Below, piece by piece: positions 10,751 through 19,461 of a DNA stretch of 64,000 nucleotides. The translations under genes were made by a program, and so were the position numbers. The stretch lies in assembly GCA_044344255.1 (NCBI GenBank), contig JBIJDH010000004.1:128001-192000 (forward strand). Direction: 5' to 3'. The notes below the pieces were generated by a model. It was not told where the DNA came from. It ran no database searches and saw nothing but the letters and a program-made list of their open reading frames with translations. The first letter of the stretch is position 1. Every line of letters starts with the position of its first letter. The stretch is from Myxococcota bacterium. GTDB taxonomy: Bacteria > Myxococcota_A > UBA796 > UBA2385.

Positions 10751-10833
10751 TCCCAATGGGTGATCCCAATGGGTGATCCCAATGGGTGATCCCAATGGGT
10801 GATCCCAATGGGTGATCCCAATAGGTGATCCCA
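10734..10833. repeat. 13-bp tandem array (GTGATCCCAATGG): 6 perfect units, 1 variant, 1 partial
   Basis: Read directly; no spacers; the lipoprotein stop codon lies in unit 2. Confidence 0.97.
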
Positions 10834-10889
10834 CCGGTCAGCGGCTCCCTCGGGCGGGGCTGCGGGCCCTTCGCTGCTACACTGCGCCG

Positions 10890-11957
10890 ATGGCCCTCAC
10901 CCGTCGCGCGATCTTGACTGCCGCCACCGCGCTCGTCGGCGGCGCGGGCGGCCTCGCGGTGGCCGGCGCCCTGCGCGGCGGTGGCCCTCGTCGGCGGCCG
11001 GCCGAGCCCTGGGCGCCCGCCCCCCGCCCGCTGCCCGAGGGCTTCCTCCGCGGCGTGAATTTCGCCCACCAGCACCGCCGCGGCGCCGGCTACGGCAGCG
11101 AGCGCGCGGCGCAGGAGCTCGACACGCTCCGTTCGCTCGGCATCCGCGACCTCGCGTTGAACCCCTTCGCCTACACGCCCTCGCTCGCCTCGGCCGACAT
11201 CCGCTGGGGCGGCGATCCGACGCTGACCGACGACGACCTGCGCCGCCAGGTCGAGCAGGCGCAGGCGCGGGGGATGCGGGTGCTGATGAAGCCTCACCTC
11301 TGGAGCGGCAGCTTCTGGGCGGGCAGCGGCAACCCGGACATCGAGCTGGACGCGGCGGGCTGGGGGCGCTGGTTCGAGGCCTGGACCGCCTATGTGGTGC
11401 ACCACGCCCGACTGGCCCAGGAGACCGGCTGCGGCGCCCTCTGCGTCGGCCTCGAGCTGACCGGCGCCACGGTCGAGAACCCGGGGGCCTGGGCGGCGGT
11501 CGCGCGCGCCTGTCGACAGGAATTCAAGGGCCCGGTCTATTACTCGGCCAATTGGTACGATGAGTATGCCCGCTTCACCGACTGGGGGGCCTTCGACTGT
11601 ATCGGGCTCAGCGCCTACTTCCCCCTCGTCGGCGACACGGTGGGTGAGCTCCAGGCCTCCTGGGACGCGCACCTCGACGCCATCGCCGCGGTGGCCGCCG
11701 GCCGTCCTGTGATCTTCCTCGAGGCCGGCTGTCGGGCGGTGGCCGGCGCGACAGAGCGCCCCTGGGAGGCCCGTGACGGCGAGGCGGACGCCGATCTACA
11801 GGGGCGCGCCTATGAGGCGCTGCTGCGGGCCGGGTCGGCGCGGAGCTGGCTGCGGGGGGTCTATTGGTGGAAGTGGTTCACCGCCCCGGAGCCCGACACC
11901 GACGCCTTCGTCCCGGGGCCGCGCGCGCAGGAGGTGCTGCGGGCCTGGTTTCGGTAG
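10890..11957 (+). CDS. Tat-exported glycoside hydrolase, GH113-like TIM barrel
   Basis: TRRAIL twin-arginine leader; GMRVLMKPHLW, CVGLEL, YYSANW, IGLSAYFPL, IFLEAG, GVYWWKW. Confidence 0.8.
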   Translation: MALTRRAILTAATALVGGAGGLAVAGALRGGGPRRRPAEPWAPAPRPLPEGFLRGVNFAHQHRRGAGYGSERAAQELDTLRSLGIRDLALNPFAYTPSLASADIRWGGDPTLTDDDLRRQVEQAQARGMRVLMKPHLWSGSFWAGSGNPDIELDAAGWGRWFEAWTAYVVHHARLAQETGCGALCVGLELTGATVENPGAWAAVARACRQEFKGPVYYSANWYDEYARFTDWGAFDCIGLSAYFPLVGDTVGELQASWDAHLDAIAAVAAGRPVIFLEAGCRAVAGATERPWEARDGEADADLQGRAYEALLRAGSARSWLRGVYWWKWFTAPEPDTDAFVPGPRAQEVLRAWFR

Positions 11958-11974
11958 GGAGGCCGAGGTGGCGC

Positions 11975-13780
11975 TCACCGGTCGAGGGCGCTGCGTCCTC
12001 CTCCGGTCTCGTCCCCACCGCACCAGCCGCGGAGCCGGCTCGTCCCGAGGACCACCCGGAAGTCGGGGCGGTCGGCGCCGTCGAAATTCCAAGATTGCCC
12101 GTCCTGGTGGGCCGGGCCCCCATAGTCTAGGGGGTGATCCTCCAGGGGGATGAGATCGGGCTCGAAGTGGTGGGGGAGCGTACAGTCTTCCCAGTCGGGG
12201 AGGGCGAGCGTGCTTGAGCCGGCGAGGTGGACGACGAAGCCCCCCGGCACATCCTCATCGGGGAGGCCCGTGGAGGCGAGGTTCAGGAGGGGGTAGCTGC
12301 CGGTCTGGGTCTTCTCCAGGTCAGCGAAGGGGAGGTAGCCGTCGTTGAGCCAGTCTCCTTCGGGCGCATCCATTCGGCTGCAGCGGTACCGACCGAGGGC
12401 GTCCGGGCCCGACCAGGCCCCCGCGGCGCAGCGGCTCCGCTCTGCAACCACGATGGGGACGCCGTTCTCGGTGGTCGAGACCTTCATCGCCGCCACGGCC
12501 AGCCAGTCGCGCGCCATCGAGCTGCCGTCGGGGCGGGTGTCGTGGGGATTGAGCCCGAAGCCCCCCGATCCGTAGCCCCAGTCCTCGTCTCCCACCCCGA
12601 CGAGGCCGTCTCCGTTCGTGTCGGTGATCTCCCGCGGCGCAGACAGGGCCGCGAGCCCCCCGGGATAGGCCCACCACCAGCTGATCGTCGCGCCACCCCC
12701 AAAGTGGACCTCATCGACATAATATTCGCGACCTCGGTAGCCCTGCACCTCGGCCCCCTCCACGTCGAGGGCGGAGACGAAGCCGAAGAGGCCCTCGGCG
12801 AGGACCCCGCGGGTGCCGGGGGTGTCTCCGCCGGTGCAGCTCACCTGCGGCGCGCCTGTCTCTTCATCCCAGAAGGGGCTGCAGAGGAAGGCCCATCGAT
12901 CGTGGTCCCAGGTGGCGGGGAGGACGCCGTCATCGCCATAGTCGGCCATCAGATAGAGCGGGGCCAGCCAGTCCGGCGCGCAGGCCCAGGTCTCGGCGTA
13001 GACCCCTCGGTACCAGCTCCGTTCGCCGACGGCGTCGTCGATCCAGACCGCGAGGGGGGCCTCGAGGGGGCAGGAGGCGCTGTCCTGACAGGCCACGTAG
13101 TCGCCGCCGGTCTCCTCCACGCAGGTTCGACAGGCGCTGCCCTCGGCGAAGAAGGTGCGGGCCTCGTCCTCGGCGCAGGCCCCGGAGCCGATCGCGGCGG
13201 GGATGTCGCCGCCGGCGGACTGGACGCCCGCGACGCAGGCCTCGCTGATGCTCACGAACATGGGCGTGGGGTCTCCGAGCAAGGCGGTGTAGGTGTAGAC
13301 CGCGAGAGAGGCGACGTAGTCAGCGCCCCCCTCCCTCCAGTCAACCTCGAGCTCGGGCATCTCACAGAGTCCGCCGGCCTCCTCGGTGCCGAAGAGCTGC
13401 TCGGCGCTGAGCAGAGACAGGCCGTCTCGGTTTTGTTCGGCCGGAGAGAATTCGTCCATCGCCGCCTCGAGGTCCTCGCCGAGGCTTTCATTCCGCCGGG
13501 CGCCGGTGAGCGTCTCGGCCTCTACCGCCTCCGCCATCAGGCGGGCGGGGAGCAGCGAGGGGTCCGCCGCCGGCGGGGCGGCCATCGACATCGCCCCGGC
13601 TCCCCCGCCGCCCCATCGAGCCAGGGCCTCGGTCCAGCCATTCCGATGGTCTCCCGCCCTCCAGGCCGCCGCGTTGGCGCCGTGCAGGGGGCGGTTCTCG
13701 ACCGGGACGGGGGACGGTCGGCAGCCGAGCAGGAGAGGGAGCAGGAGGGAGGCGAGGACCGTGACGGGGGCGGGGCGCAT
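11975..13780 (-). CDS. Hypothetical Cys-rich lipoprotein
   Basis: ATG 13780; LLLGC lipobox; many Cys; an EF-hand-like DTNGDGLVGVGD. Confidence 0.65.
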   Translation of the reverse strand: MRPAPVTVLASLLLPLLLGCRPSPVPVENRPLHGANAAAWRAGDHRNGWTEALARWGGGGAGAMSMAAPPAADPSLLPARLMAEAVEAETLTGARRNESLGEDLEAAMDEFSPAEQNRDGLSLLSAEQLFGTEEAGGLCEMPELEVDWREGGADYVASLAVYTYTALLGDPTPMFVSISEACVAGVQSAGGDIPAAIGSGACAEDEARTFFAEGSACRTCVEETGGDYVACQDSASCPLEAPLAVWIDDAVGERSWYRGVYAETWACAPDWLAPLYLMADYGDDGVLPATWDHDRWAFLCSPFWDEETGAPQVSCTGGDTPGTRGVLAEGLFGFVSALDVEGAEVQGYRGREYYVDEVHFGGGATISWWWAYPGGLAALSAPREITDTNGDGLVGVGDEDWGYGSGGFGLNPHDTRPDGSSMARDWLAVAAMKVSTTENGVPIVVAERSRCAAGAWSGPDALGRYRCSRMDAPEGDWLNDGYLPFADLEKTQTGSYPLLNLASTGLPDEDVPGGFVVHLAGSSTLALPDWEDCTLPHHFEPDLIPLEDHPLDYGGPAHQDGQSWNFDGADRPDFRVVLGTSRLRGWCGGDETGGGRSALDR

Positions 13781-13801
13781 GCACGGAGGATAGCCACCTG
13801 G

Positions 13802-14686
13802 ATGCGCTTCGGCCCTCCAGCACCTGCCTTCTTGCTCCTCTGCCCACTCGCGCTCACCCTCGGCTGTCACCGAGGGGGCAAGGGGGACGAAGCGGGCCCG
13901 TCGTCGGCGGAGGCCTCCGAGATCTGCGCCCGCCCCCAGGTGTCCGCGGCGGCCGTCGCCGGGGAGGCGAACGGGGACGGAGAGGTCGACATCGCCGATG
14001 CTTTGTGGCTCGAGCGCTCCCTCTTCGCGGGAGGGGCGGCGCCCGTCTGCGCGGCCGCGGTCGACTTCGTCGCGGATGGCCATGTCGACGCCGCCGATGG
14101 GGCCGCGATGCTGCGCTCGCGCTTCACCGCGGGCTTCCCGGCGCCGAGCCTGGCCGCCGGCCTCTGCGCGGCCGCCCCGGTCGGGGTCGAGCCCCCCTGC
14201 GGCGCGCTCTCCTTGGAGGTGAGGGCACCCACGGGGGCGGCCTCGTCGGAGGAGGGGCGCTTCGAGGCCACCGTGGAGCTTCATTCCCCCACCCTCGCGG
14301 TCGAAGGCTGGCAGCTTGGCCTCTCGGCGACCGGATGTACGATCATGTCGGCCACGCTGGAGGGCACCGTGGGCGCGCCCTCCTCGGAGGGGGGGATGCG
14401 AGAGCTGGGCTTCGGCCTCGCCGAGACGGTGAGCGGAGGCGCGGTCTCCGCGGTGGCCCTCGGGTGGACCACGGCGCTCATTCTCGACCCCGGCTCGGAC
14501 CCGACCCTCCTCCGGGTCGAGGTTCAGGCGGCTCTGCCGGCCTCTGGCTGTGCCGATCCCTGCCAGCTGCGCGTCGGGGACGGCCTCCAGGGCTCGGGGG
14601 AGTCCATCCGGAGCGTGGTCTCGGTGGAGGGGCGGGCCTTCGTGCCGGAGCAGGGCTCCGCCACCGTGGAGGTGTGCGCGCCCTGA
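13802..14686 (+). CDS. Lipoprotein with dockerin-like repeat and cohesin-like beta-sandwich
   Basis: ATG 13802; TLGC lipobox; GEANGDGEVDIADALWL...DFVADGHVDAADGAAML duplicated Ca-loop/helix. Confidence 0.6.
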   Translation: MRFGPPAPAFLLLCPLALTLGCHRGGKGDEAGPSSAEASEICARPQVSAAAVAGEANGDGEVDIADALWLERSLFAGGAAPVCAAAVDFVADGHVDAADGAAMLRSRFTAGFPAPSLAAGLCAAAPVGVEPPCGALSLEVRAPTGAASSEEGRFEATVELHSPTLAVEGWQLGLSATGCTIMSATLEGTVGAPSSEGGMRELGFGLAETVSGGAVSAVALGWTTALILDPGSDPTLLRVEVQAALPASGCADPCQLRVGDGLQGSGESIRSVVSVEGRAFVPEQGSATVEVCAP

Positions 14687-14746
14687 GCCTGGCTCCCCGG
14701 CCACTGGCCTCACGTCTTTCGCGCGGCGCGTGTCACCCTGTCCGGG

Positions 14747-15847
14747 TCATCGCGGGAGCCTTTGGACGGTCGTTGTTGTGCGGTCGAGGAGCCGCTCAAC
14801 GACAGCCCACGCCGACGCCGCGCGTGTCGCCCAGTCCCCATCGATAGACACCCAATCGGCCCCAGCGGCCTCGAGGCGGTCACGGAACCGCGAGTCCATC
14901 GCCGCTCGGATCTGTTCCCCGTCCCGCCAGCCGTCCTGCACAAAGGGGGCGCCGTCCACCCCCATCAGCAGGTAGAGGCGGCGACCGGGGAGCTGCGCGG
15001 TCTCCGCCGGTACTTCGGGCACCGACTGGCCGAGGTATCGCTCCGCCCACAGCGCCGTCGCGAAGGCGTCGGTGTCGCAGATCAAGGCCGGACCGCCCGC
15101 GCGCGCGGCCTGCTCCTCCCGGGCGGTCTGGGTCGCGGCGATGTGCTCGAAGTCCGCTGGCGCGAAGGTGACGCCGGCCCACGGGGCGTCCGGGACGCGG
15201 GCTCGGAGCGCCGCGACACGACCCATCCACCACTCCCGCCCGTACTCGGGGACCGCCCGCACCGCTCCCCACGCCCCGGCCTGTTGACGGAGCCCCACCG
15301 CCAGCGCTTCCGCTAGGGTCGTCTTTCCGGTCGACTCCGCGCCGACGAGCACCACGCGGGTGGTGAGCCCGGCCCGGGTGGCCGCGGGGAGCTTCCACCA
15401 GGCGGCCGGCAGGTCTGCGCGCACCTCCGTGCCCGAGATCGCCAGCACGCTGCGATCGAGGCGCACGTCGGCCGCGCGGAACCGTCGCGCGAGCTCCGCG
15501 CCATAGGGCTCTGAGGTGAAGACGGCGTCGGGCTCCCCGCGTCCGGCCAGACGCAGCCCGGCTCGCATGAGGGCGACCTGCGCGGCCCAGACCGCGTCCG
15601 ACTCGTAGTCGACCGGCAGCTCGTCGACCACACCGACGATCCGGACCGCGGGGGTCGCCGCGAAGGTCTCGCGCAGCCAGGCGACCCGCAGGTCGAGCGG
15701 CAGCCCCTCCCGTTCGGCGGCCATCACCACTACGGTGACCAGTTCGCTGTTCGCCGCCGCGCACCGGACGAGCGCCGCATGGCCCTCGTGCGGCGGGTAG
15801 AATTTGCCGATGACGAGGCCGTGTTCGAAGCGTGTCGGCTGGATCAT
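14747..15847 (-). CDS. nadR: NadR-like bifunctional NMN adenylyltransferase / ribosylnicotinamide kinase (no HTH)
   Basis: GKFYPPHEGH (HxGH), VFTSEPYG, ISGTEVR, Walker A GAESTGKT, EYGRE, ICDTD, FVQDGWRD; ATGA overlap with pnuC. Confidence 0.88.
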   Translation of the reverse strand: MIQPTRFEHGLVIGKFYPPHEGHAALVRCAAANSELVTVVVMAAEREGLPLDLRVAWLRETFAATPAVRIVGVVDELPVDYESDAVWAAQVALMRAGLRLAGRGEPDAVFTSEPYGAELARRFRAADVRLDRSVLAISGTEVRADLPAAWWKLPAATRAGLTTRVVLVGAESTGKTTLAEALAVGLRQQAGAWGAVRAVPEYGREWWMGRVAALRARVPDAPWAGVTFAPADFEHIAATQTAREEQAARAGGPALICDTDAFATALWAERYLGQSVPEVPAETAQLPGRRLYLLMGVDGAPFVQDGWRDGEQIRAAMDSRFRDRLEAAGADWVSIDGDWATRAASAWAVVERLLDRTTTTVQRLPR

Positions 15848-16476
15848 GCCGGGACCGCCCTGGCCTCGGCCCGCCACCGCCAGGCCCCGCGGCAGGCGAG
15901 GCCGAGGAACAGGGCGTAGAGGAGCGCGATCAGGTACAAACCTTTGAATGCGTAGACGGGCACCGACACAATGTCTACCGCGATCCAGAAGTACCAGCTC
16001 TCCACCCGCCGCTTGTTCAGCAGCACCTGCGCGACCACGGACAGGGCGGTGATCAACGAGTCGAACACGGGGACGCTGCCCCGCGCCCAGGAGAGGACCG
16101 GGAGCAGCGCCCCCACGAGCAGCAGGACGAAGAGCAGGGACACCGCCGTGGCGCGCGGGGAGAGGTGGCGCACCGGCCCCTCGGCCTCCCGCACCGCCCG
16201 CGTCCACCGCCACCAGCCCTCGACGCCGAGGGTGATGAACAGGATCTGGAGCGCGGCGTCCGCGAAGAGGCGGGCCTCGACGAACACGAGCAGGAGGAGC
16301 GCGCTGTTTACGATCCCGACCGGAAAGTTGAGGATGTGGCCCCGCGACGCGAGCCACACGCACCAGAGCCCCGTCACGAAGCCGGCGGCCTCGCCCCACG
16401 ACATCGTGTAGCCCCACAATAGGAGGAGCGGCTGGTTCATCCAGAGGACGAGCGACGACATTGTGGATGACAACAT
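15844..16476 (-). CDS. pnuC: Nicotinamide riboside transporter PnuC
   Basis: CVWLASR, NFPVGIV, GWWRW, FDSLITALSVVAQVLL, ESWYFWIAVDIV; start uncertain (16476 or 16461). Confidence 0.92.
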   Translation of the reverse strand: MLSSTMSSLVLWMNQPLLLLWGYTMSWGEAAGFVTGLWCVWLASRGHILNFPVGIVNSALLLLVFVEARLFADAALQILFITLGVEGWWRWTRAVREAEGPVRHLSPRATAVSLLFVLLLVGALLPVLSWARGSVPVFDSLITALSVVAQVLLNKRRVESWYFWIAVDIVSVPVYAFKGLYLIALLYALFLGLACRGAWRWRAEARAVPA

Positions 16477-16503
16477 TGTGGACGGCACGCTCAGGGAAGG
16501 ACC

Positions 16504-17609
16504 CAGGGCAAACGCATCTTGACGGGGCAAGAGGGTAGCATGGGTTGATCTCTTACCGCCAGGCATCTGCCGCGGCCTCGGCGGTCGCCATGGCGATGCG
16601 GCTGGAGCACTTCGGCAATCTGCCAGACCCCGGAGTGGACCGCACCAAGCGACACCCCCTCCGAGACATCATCGCCCTCACCATCCTGGCTGTGATCGGC
16701 GGCGCAGAGAACTTCGTTGAGGTCGTGGAATTCGGCCGAGCGAAGGTGGCTTGGTTCCGAACCTTTCTGGAGCTGCCCCGCGGGATTCCGTCTCACGACA
16801 AGCTGTGGCGCGTGTTCGCCCGCCTGGACCCGAAGGCGTTTCAAGAGCGGTTCATGGCCTGGGTCGGGTCGATCCGGGAGCAGATCGGCGGCGACGTCAT
16901 CTCCATCGATGGCAAGAGCGTGCGCCGCAGCGTCGATGGGGCGCGCGGCCTGGGGCCCATCCATCTGGTTGGTGCCTGGGCCGGTTGCAGCCGCTTGATG
17001 CTGGGACAGGTCAAGACCAGCGAGAAGTGGAACGAGATTACGGCCATCCCCGAGCTGCTCGAGCTCGGTGGCTGCATCGTGACCATCGACGCCATGGGCT
17101 GCCAGAAGGCCATCGCGGCCAAGATCGTCGAGCGAGGTGACGACTATGTGCTGCAGCTCAAGGACAACCATCCGACCCTGGCCGGCCTCGTCGTGGACTT
17201 CTTCGAAGATGGCGTCAACTCCTACTTCGCGGGAATGAGGTCGGACTTCCATGAGGAGGTCACCCAAGAGCACGACCGGGACGAAGTTCGGCGGACCTGG
17301 ACCTCGCGGGACCTTGAGTGGCTGCCAGAGTCCGAAGAGTGGGTCGGGATGACGAGCCTCATCTGAGTCGAGGCCCGTCGCCAGGTGCTCGGGAAGCAAG
17401 AGTCGGTCCACCGGCGCGACACCATCAGCAGCCTGTCGAGTCCTCCGGCACACAGGCCGCTCACATTGTCCGCAGCCATTGGGGCATCGAAAACCAAATG
17501 CACTGGGTCCTCGACGTTGCCTTACACGAAGCCGACGCCAGGGTCCGCCTGGGTCACTCCGCCGAGAATTTCGCCACCATAAATGGGACGTTTAGATGCG
17601 ATTGCCCTG
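16504..17609 (+). mobile_element. ISAs1-family insertion sequence (decayed)
   Basis: Terminal inverted repeats CAGGGCAAACGCATCT (16504-16519) and AGATGCGATTGCCCTG (17594-17609), 15/16 match; no flanking direct repeat seen. Confidence 0.9.
16590..17590 (+). pseudogene. ISAs1 transposase pseudogene
   Basis: GIPSHD, ISIDGK, NEITAIPELL, VTIDAMGCQ, YVLQLKDNHP; in-frame TGA at 17364-17366; frameshift before RSHWGIENQMHWVLDV; C-terminus truncated. Confidence 0.88.
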
Positions 17610-17691
17610 GATGTGTCAGGGGCCGACGGGTGTGCGCGTGCGGGTCGGCTCGTCCACCGTGGGTCGGTACATGTTGAACCTCTGTTTTCGT

Positions 17692-17716
17692 TTTGTGGGC
17701 TGATCCAACGCACAAA
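17692..17716. promoter_or_regulatory. Inverted repeat TTTGTG-N13-CACAAA in an AT-rich patch; possible operator of pnuC-nadR
   Basis: tttgtgggctgatccaacgcacaaa, upstream of pnuC on the far side of the IS. Confidence 0.35.
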
Positions 17717-17763
17717 TATCACCAATCGGCGGGCTCCGTTTGGCGGGTGCCATCCGCGACGGC

Positions 17764-19374
17764 TCAGCGGGTGATCGTCGCCACGTCGGCCCAGACGGTG
17801 ACCGCTCCGGTCACGTCGAGCTGGAGCCGGAGCGGCCCTGCGTCGGCGGTGGCGCGGAGGGTGAGCGCCTCGAGGGAGGCGCGGCGGGCCGCGTAGGTGC
17901 CGGCGCGGGCGGCCTGGAGGTCCGCGAGGGTGACCGGCGCCTCCGCGAGGGTGCCGGACGCCCCCAGGAGGCGGAGGGTGGCGACGGTGACCCCCTCGTC
18001 GGTGGTGCCCGCTCCTTCGGCGCCCTCGGCCCCACCCCAGAGGCTCACCTCGAGGGCGGCGCCGGACGGCTGGGCGGGCAATGGCAGGTCGAGCAGGGTG
18101 CCCGGACCGTCGGTGGGGCCGGCCAGGCGGAGGCTGTCGCCCGAGGCGCGTTCGGTGCGGGGGTCGGCGGAGACGATGACGCCGACGGTGCTGGTCGAGG
18201 TGGGGTCCTCCGCCTCGATGTGCGTGATGTCGGCGCCCTCTGCGAAGCGCACCGCGGCCCAGATCACGGGGGTGAGGGGGCTGTGGGTGACCTGACCGTG
18301 GATGGGCAGAGGGTGGTTGAGGTCCCACTCGGCGTGGCGGAGGCCGGAGGCGGCGAGGGCGTCGCGCAGCGGCGCGTTGGGGATCGGCCCCGAGAGCGGG
18401 TCTGGAGTGTTCCAGACCTGAAAGGTGGGGATCGCCCAGGCTCCTGCGGAGAGGGCGAGCGAGAGGCTCAGCGCCTCGTATCGATCGAACCAGGGGGAGG
18501 CGGCGCCCGTGGCCTCCTCGTGGGGCGATCCGCCGAGCACGTGGTCGAGGCGCCGCTTGCGGGTCTCGAGATCTTGATCGATGTAGTCCGGCTCTTCATA
18601 GTAGCGGACGAGGTCGCCCGATCCGCTGTCGAAGGTGAGGCTGTCGATGCCCTCGACGCGGCGGGCAAACCAGACCGCCCCTTGGGCGCCCAGGCTGGTG
18701 CCGATGAGGTGCAGCGCCGCTTCGTCTACGCCCCAGGTGGTCTGCTGGTGGCGGACGTGGTCGAAGGCGAGGTCGGCGAGCGCGAAGCCCATGTGGAGGG
18801 GATCGACGGGGTCCGGCGCGCCGAGGCCGACCCAGGCGTCGCAGGCCGCGTTCTCCGGGACGACGATCAGGGCTCCGCGCTCGGCGAAGAGGCGGGCGAC
18901 GTCGGAGGAGAGCAGGAATTCCACCGCGGCGTCCCGGCCGTAAGCGGTGCCGCAGGTGTCGTCGGCGCCAGTAGGGTCGGCCTCGCTGTCGACGTCCATG
19001 CAGCCGCCGTGGAGCATCATCACGAGGGGATGGGAGACGCCCGGGTCGGCCTGCACCGGCGCCGCGACCAGGAAGTGCGCAGGCTGACCATCCGGGCTCC
19101 GGAGGGCGGGGATGTAGTCCGGGCCTACCTCATAGCGGGTGACGGCGTAGCCGAGCTCGGCGAACTCGGCGTCTTCGATCCGGGAGGGGAGCAGACCGAC
19201 TCCAGCCTCGCCGCCGAGCGCGCCGCTGTCGGGGGCGCCGGCAGAGTCCTCCTGCCCCGGCGTCCAACGCTCCGGCGCGCAGGCCGCGAGGCCGATCAGG
19301 AGCGACGTCGCCCATTTTCGGGCGAGGAGGGCGTGATCGCCGGAGATCCGCGCGCGCACGGCGAGAGGAGGCAT
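17764..19374 (-). CDS. Alpha/beta-hydrolase lipoprotein
   Basis: GLAAC lipobox; VMMLHGG oxyanion motif; nucleophile elbow GTSLG. Confidence 0.65.
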   Translation of the reverse strand: MPPLAVRARISGDHALLARKWATSLLIGLAACAPERWTPGQEDSAGAPDSGALGGEAGVGLLPSRIEDAEFAELGYAVTRYEVGPDYIPALRSPDGQPAHFLVAAPVQADPGVSHPLVMMLHGGCMDVDSEADPTGADDTCGTAYGRDAAVEFLLSSDVARLFAERGALIVVPENAACDAWVGLGAPDPVDPLHMGFALADLAFDHVRHQQTTWGVDEAALHLIGTSLGAQGAVWFARRVEGIDSLTFDSGSGDLVRYYEEPDYIDQDLETRKRRLDHVLGGSPHEEATGAASPWFDRYEALSLSLALSAGAWAIPTFQVWNTPDPLSGPIPNAPLRDALAASGLRHAEWDLNHPLPIHGQVTHSPLTPVIWAAVRFAEGADITHIEAEDPTSTSTVGVIVSADPRTERASGDSLRLAGPTDGPGTLLDLPLPAQPSGAALEVSLWGGAEGAEGAGTTDEGVTVATLRLLGASGTLAEAPVTLADLQAARAGTYAARRASLEALTLRATADAGPLRLQLDVTGAVTVWADVATITR

Positions 19375-19461
19375 CTGCAGACTGTAGCGCGGCGCCCCAG
19401 CGAGCCCCTGTCAAGCGGCTGTGTGGCCTGCGTCGTGATAGGCTGATGCTGGGAAAGCGGT

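Noticed and set aside
17364..17366. Selenocysteine or programmed readthrough TGA in the transposase
   Set aside because: Accompanied by a frameshift and truncation; simple decay (likely CGA>TGA) explains it
16494..17619. Target-site duplication of the IS
   Set aside because: Flanks GGGAAGGACC and GATGTGTCAG do not match
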